Origin: a candidate division WOR-3 bacterium
Lineage (GTDB): Bacteria > Hydrothermota > Tepidihabitantia > SM23-42 > JAOAFX01
Assembly (NCBI GenBank): GCA_039802265.1
Contig: JBDRWI010000001.1
Span: 10,921 to 74,920, forward strand
Direction of reading: 5' to 3'
Length of the DNA: 64,000 nt
Below the pieces are notes generated by a model. The model worked only from the letters and a program-made list of their open reading frames with translations, was not told where the DNA came from and did no database searches. Made by a program: the position numbers and the translations under genes. Positions 60,690 to 64,000 of this stretch are shown one piece after another. Within the stretch, counting starts at the first letter, position 1; the number at the start of each line of letters is the position of its first letter.

Positions 60690-61031
60690 CTATTGAAAAC
60701 TCTTTAATGCCGCACGACGCGATGGATAGATTTCAAATGGATAAAAGCCATAAAGCCGTAAGATATTGTACAGATAGGGCGAGACATTAACGAGTTTAAT
60801 ATCACCATTATATTCTTTAAACTTTTTCTGGTATTCAATTAGTTGCCCAACGACCTTGTAGTTGATATGGGTAACCCGCGAAAGGTCAATGATAATATTG
60901 AATTCACCAGCCTCTAATTTTTCTTTTAGTTTTTCTTCAATAGTGGTAAAATCCGTTTCGTTTATTTCACCGCTCGGCAAAAAAAACGAAACCTTTTTAT
61001 TCTTAACTGCCTCAATGGTTTGTATCTTCAT
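60690..61031 (-). CDS. STAS domain protein (anti-sigma antagonist-like)
   Basis: SGEIN, IIIDLSRVTHIN, GDIKLVNVSPYLYNILRL, YPSRRAALKSF. Confidence 0.85.
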   Translation of the reverse strand: MKIQTIEAVKNKKVSFFLPSGEINETDFTTIEEKLKEKLEAGEFNIIIDLSRVTHINYKVVGQLIEYQKKFKEYNGDIKLVNVSPYLYNILRLYGFYPFEIYPSRRAALKSFQ

Positions 61032-61491
61032 TGTGCCTCCTTAAGTTTTCAATTGTCTCTGAATCATCAAAATAAGATTTTTCTATCTCAGCCTTCAGTT
61101 TCTGGTAATTTTCAGGCGACCAGAGGCTGAAATAATTTATCTCACCAACAACAATCACCTCCTTTTTTATCCCTGAATATTCAAGCAAAAAATCAGGGAT
61201 CAAGATTCTTCCCTGGGCATCAAGTCGGTCCTCTTTGATGCCAAAGGTAAAGTGCCGGCGATAACGCCTTGCCTGGACCTTATCCATTGAAAGGCTGAGT
61301 AATTCCTTTTCTTCAAATTCTTCCCAGGTCTTCAGGGCATAGACCGAAATCTCGTGGTCATAACCCGGTGTCATCACTACCCGACTATCAGATTCCGCAA
61401 TTATCACCGAGCGAAATTGGCTCGGAATAGCCAGTCTTTTTCTATCATCAAGGGTATGAAGAAAAAATCCGCGAAATCTAATATTCCCCAT
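61012..61491 (-). CDS. mraZ: Division/cell wall cluster repressor MraZ
   Basis: FRG...LDDRKRLAIP, LDAQGRILIP, FSLWS; in-frame ATG 61491. Confidence 0.93.
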   Translation of the reverse strand: MGNIRFRGFFLHTLDDRKRLAIPSQFRSVIIAESDSRVVMTPGYDHEISVYALKTWEEFEEKELLSLSMDKVQARRYRRHFTFGIKEDRLDAQGRILIPDFLLEYSGIKKEVIVVGEINYFSLWSPENYQKLKAEIEKSYFDDSETIENLRRHNEDTNH

Positions 61492-61537
61492 TTTTCCCCA
61501 TTTCACCCCATTTTACATATTATTTGGAAGTTGTCAA
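61486..61537 (-). promoter_or_regulatory. dcw promoter with three MraZ boxes
   Basis: TTGACA-16-TAAAAT followed directly by TGGGG x3 at a 10-nt period (61510, 61500, 61490). Confidence 0.85.
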
Positions 61538-62093
61538 GGGGGTAAATACACGATTAAATATGTAAAATCTTTTGAAATTTCAATAAATTTTTTGTGGGGT
61601 AAAAATCTTATTTACAAAACTTTAAATTTACTATCAAAAATTGATAGAAGTGAGTAATAAATCCTATTTAAGATATTCAAGATTCCCACCTGATGTTCCC
61701 TGTATAAAGCAATCAACTATTTGCCCGCAGGGACCGAACCAATAGTATAATTTAATTTTTTTATCCCGGCATTAAAAATTTGGATAGGCAAAAACACCTT
61801 CCCATTTTAGATGTTGATATTTGAAATGCGTTTTAGGGAGAATGTTCCGATGCTATGATTATCGCCGATGCGGCAATATAATGTATTCCTGTCTTTTAAA
61901 ATTCACGAATAATGAGATTAACTGACAATGAAGGCCTTTGAAAAATTAGGTGGTAAAATTATCCACGATTCTGCTTTTATTCCACACAAAATGATTAACA
62001 GAGAAAAAATTTATTCAACTACATAAATAAAGATGGAGAAAATTCAGGTTTTTCATTGCTTGACTTTATATTTTAATCTGTTATAATTAACTT

Positions 62094-63089
62094 ATGATTC
62101 CTTTATTGATGGGATTCATTTTATGCACGGTTGTAATACTCTTTGCCGGTACAAGACTATCCTTTTATAGTGATGTTATCGCTGAAAAAACGGAACTTGG
62201 CAGAACCTGGATAGGGCTGGTTCTGGTTGCCTCAATAACATCTTTGCCTGAATTTATCAACTCCATAGGTGCGGTTACTTATGCTGGGGCGCCGGACATT
62301 GCTGCAGGTGACCTGATAGGTAGCTGTGTATTTAATCTTCTTATAATTGCCTTCCTTGATCTGTCTCATTCTACGAGACCATTATCAAGCATTGCCAAAA
62401 CCAGCCATATCATTTCAGGGGGGTTCGGCATAATCCAGTTGACCATTGTTATAGCAGGATTATTTTTGGGTAAAAATATACTACGATTCGGATGGGTTGG
62501 AGTGAACAGCATAATTTTCATCTTGATCTATTTCGTCTCATTGGCTTTGACATTTCAATATGAGCAAAAAATAAATCAAAAAAATAGCCAACAAAAATGT
62601 AAACTTTATTCTGATATAACATTAAATAAAGCACTTATATTTTTTATCATAAATGCAATTTTAGTCATTGGATCGGCTATGTTTTTGCCTAAGATCGGCG
62701 CAGAAATCGCTGACATCACCGGACTGGGGCAGACCTTTGTAGGAAATATCTTAATAGCCATATCAACATCCCTTCCTGAATTGATTGTATCCCTGGGAGC
62801 ATTGAGATGTAACGCAGTAGACCTGGCCCTTGGCAATCTAATGGGAAGTACAATTTTTAACATTGCCATCTTAGGAATTATTGACCTTTTCTATATAAAA
62901 AATCCGATAATCCTGGTTGTAAATCAAAAACATATAATATCTGCAATTTCCGCCATTATTATGACATCAGTTGTAATAATCAGTTTACTATATCGTGCAG
63001 ACAAGAAGTATTTTCCATTATCATTAGATGGGGTGTTCTTAGTGCTTTTATACATATTAAATGTCACCTGCCTCTACCTCACGAGATAA
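62094..63089 (+). CDS. Ca2+/cation (Na+/Ca2+) antiporter family protein
   Basis: Two alpha repeats, TSLPEF...GDLIGSCVFN and TSLPEL...GNLMGSTIFN; about 10 TMs. Confidence 0.92.
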   Translation: MIPLLMGFILCTVVILFAGTRLSFYSDVIAEKTELGRTWIGLVLVASITSLPEFINSIGAVTYAGAPDIAAGDLIGSCVFNLLIIAFLDLSHSTRPLSSIAKTSHIISGGFGIIQLTIVIAGLFLGKNILRFGWVGVNSIIFILIYFVSLALTFQYEQKINQKNSQQKCKLYSDITLNKALIFFIINAILVIGSAMFLPKIGAEIADITGLGQTFVGNILIAISTSLPELIVSLGALRCNAVDLALGNLMGSTIFNIAILGIIDLFYIKNPIILVVNQKHIISAISAIIMTSVVIISLLYRADKKYFPLSLDGVFLVLLYILNVTCLYLTR

Positions 63090-63439
63090 ATTTACAGAAT
63101 TAATAATGACTCCTGACCACCACAATCTTTATCTATCCAGAAGATTGAATCTCCTTCTTTCAATTCTGCGCACAATTTCATTTGCTATATTTAATAATTC
63201 AGTATCTCAAGCAGATAGGAGGCAGGTATAAATTCTTAAAATTATTATTTCCATACGCCAAGAAAATATTCGTTTAAAGGGTAAAAGGTTATGTCAGCGC
63301 ATCTATGCCTGTGGTAATGATCAGCATCCAGTTTTTAAGACTGATAAGAATGATGCCCAATATTGTGATTATTTGGGTAATATAGTCTGCGTTATAATAT
63401 AGAAGTAATTGCTTATGCGGCTTATACATCATTTATAAA

Positions 63440-63640
63440 AAGTTTGCAAGGTTGAATCATCATTAGATCCCTCGTGGTTACAAGATGCAGGCACTTCGGC
63501 ATAAGGCGTTTGCGACTTCTGCAGCGAAGTATGGATTATCTGCTGCGCGGGTTGCCCGGATGTCTGAAGTCTCGGCTACAGCAGTGGCTAAGATTTTAAA
63601 GAAACAAAATGAGAAAGTTTAAAAGTTTATACCTGTCCCC
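63440..63640 (+). pseudogene. Remnant resembling the C-terminal HTH of RAYT/Y1-type transposases
   Basis: 63485-63622 encodes ...KYGLSAARVARMSEVSATAVAKILK; upstream frame is broken; followed by ACCTGTCCCC; locally higher GC. Confidence 0.35.
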
Positions 63641-64000
63641 CAAAATTCCGGGTATGAGCATTCCTGGATTATTTTTTTGGCCTTTCTGATTTATCTTTTC
63701 TTTTGGCGTCTATTTAATTTTGCCTATCTGGTCCATTTAGTATTTATTGTTTTTCTCTGTTACCGGTGCAAATGCACTGGTTTTTTTTGCGATAAATCGC
63801 ACCGTTGCAAAAATCATTTTACAGCCCAAAATGCAACATCTTCAATATCCTTCTGCCTGCCCTGAAAATGTTAAAAGGTTATCAGAAAGATAAAAGGAGT
63901 ATCTTATTGTATTGGAATTTGAAAAAATTCCAATACAAGAATAATGAAAATTTTCATTATAGAAAAGAATATGGACAAGATACATCTGGGGTTTCTGATA

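Noticed and set aside
61560..62050. AT-rich gap with DnaA-box-like 9-mers (TTATCCACG 61959, TATTCCACA ~61978) as possible oriC
   Set aside because: Only imperfect boxes, no dnaA nearby and no clear unwinding repeats; may be decayed coding DNA.
1..64000. CRISPR arrays, tRNA/rRNA genes, inteins, prophage genes, and the many short antisense ORFs in the track
   Set aside because: No repeat-spacer periodicity, cloverleaf or rRNA signature, intein in DnaB, or phage hallmark was seen. The short ORFs overlap well-supported genes and lack motifs.

Overview
Low-GC bacterial chromosomal window. Three proteins with T9SS/FlgD-like C-terminal sorting domains, plus the gene content, suggest an FCB-associated lineage such as candidate phylum WOR-3 (inference, not a database result). 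The content is mostly housekeeping: a dcw cluster on the minus strand (mraZ-STAS-rsmH-ftsL-ftsI-murE-murF-mraY-murD-ftsW-murG-murC-murB-mini ftsQ-ftsA-ftsZ, then ddl), rpoZ-coaBC-dnaB-mlaEFD-radA-PIN/TRAM-M42 peptidase, a crotonase/3-hydroxyacyl-CoA dehydrogenase/thiolase module, lemA-htpX, and serA-DUF1015. No rRNA, tRNA, CRISPR array or intact mobile element was seen. The most interesting signals are: (1) a three-gene operon at 1.3-7.3 kb whose two zinc-ribbon class III cyclase domains carry complementary halves of one active site, one fused to a STAND ATPase-TPR sensor, followed by a HEAT protein; (2) a candidate ~75-nt sRNA with its own consensus promoter, anti-SD tract and strand-specific UUCG terminator, divergent from a 50-aa membrane peptide; (3) a regulator fusing a transposase-like HTH to TPR and SARP/BTAD domains, facing a secreted beta-propeller gene; (4) a window-wide preference for 16-bp promoter spacers, with many apparently leaderless genes; (5) dcw oddities (inserted STAS gene, 103-aa FtsQ-like protein), an apparent ATT start codon, and a terminator-like hairpin inside the rdgB N-terminal coding region.
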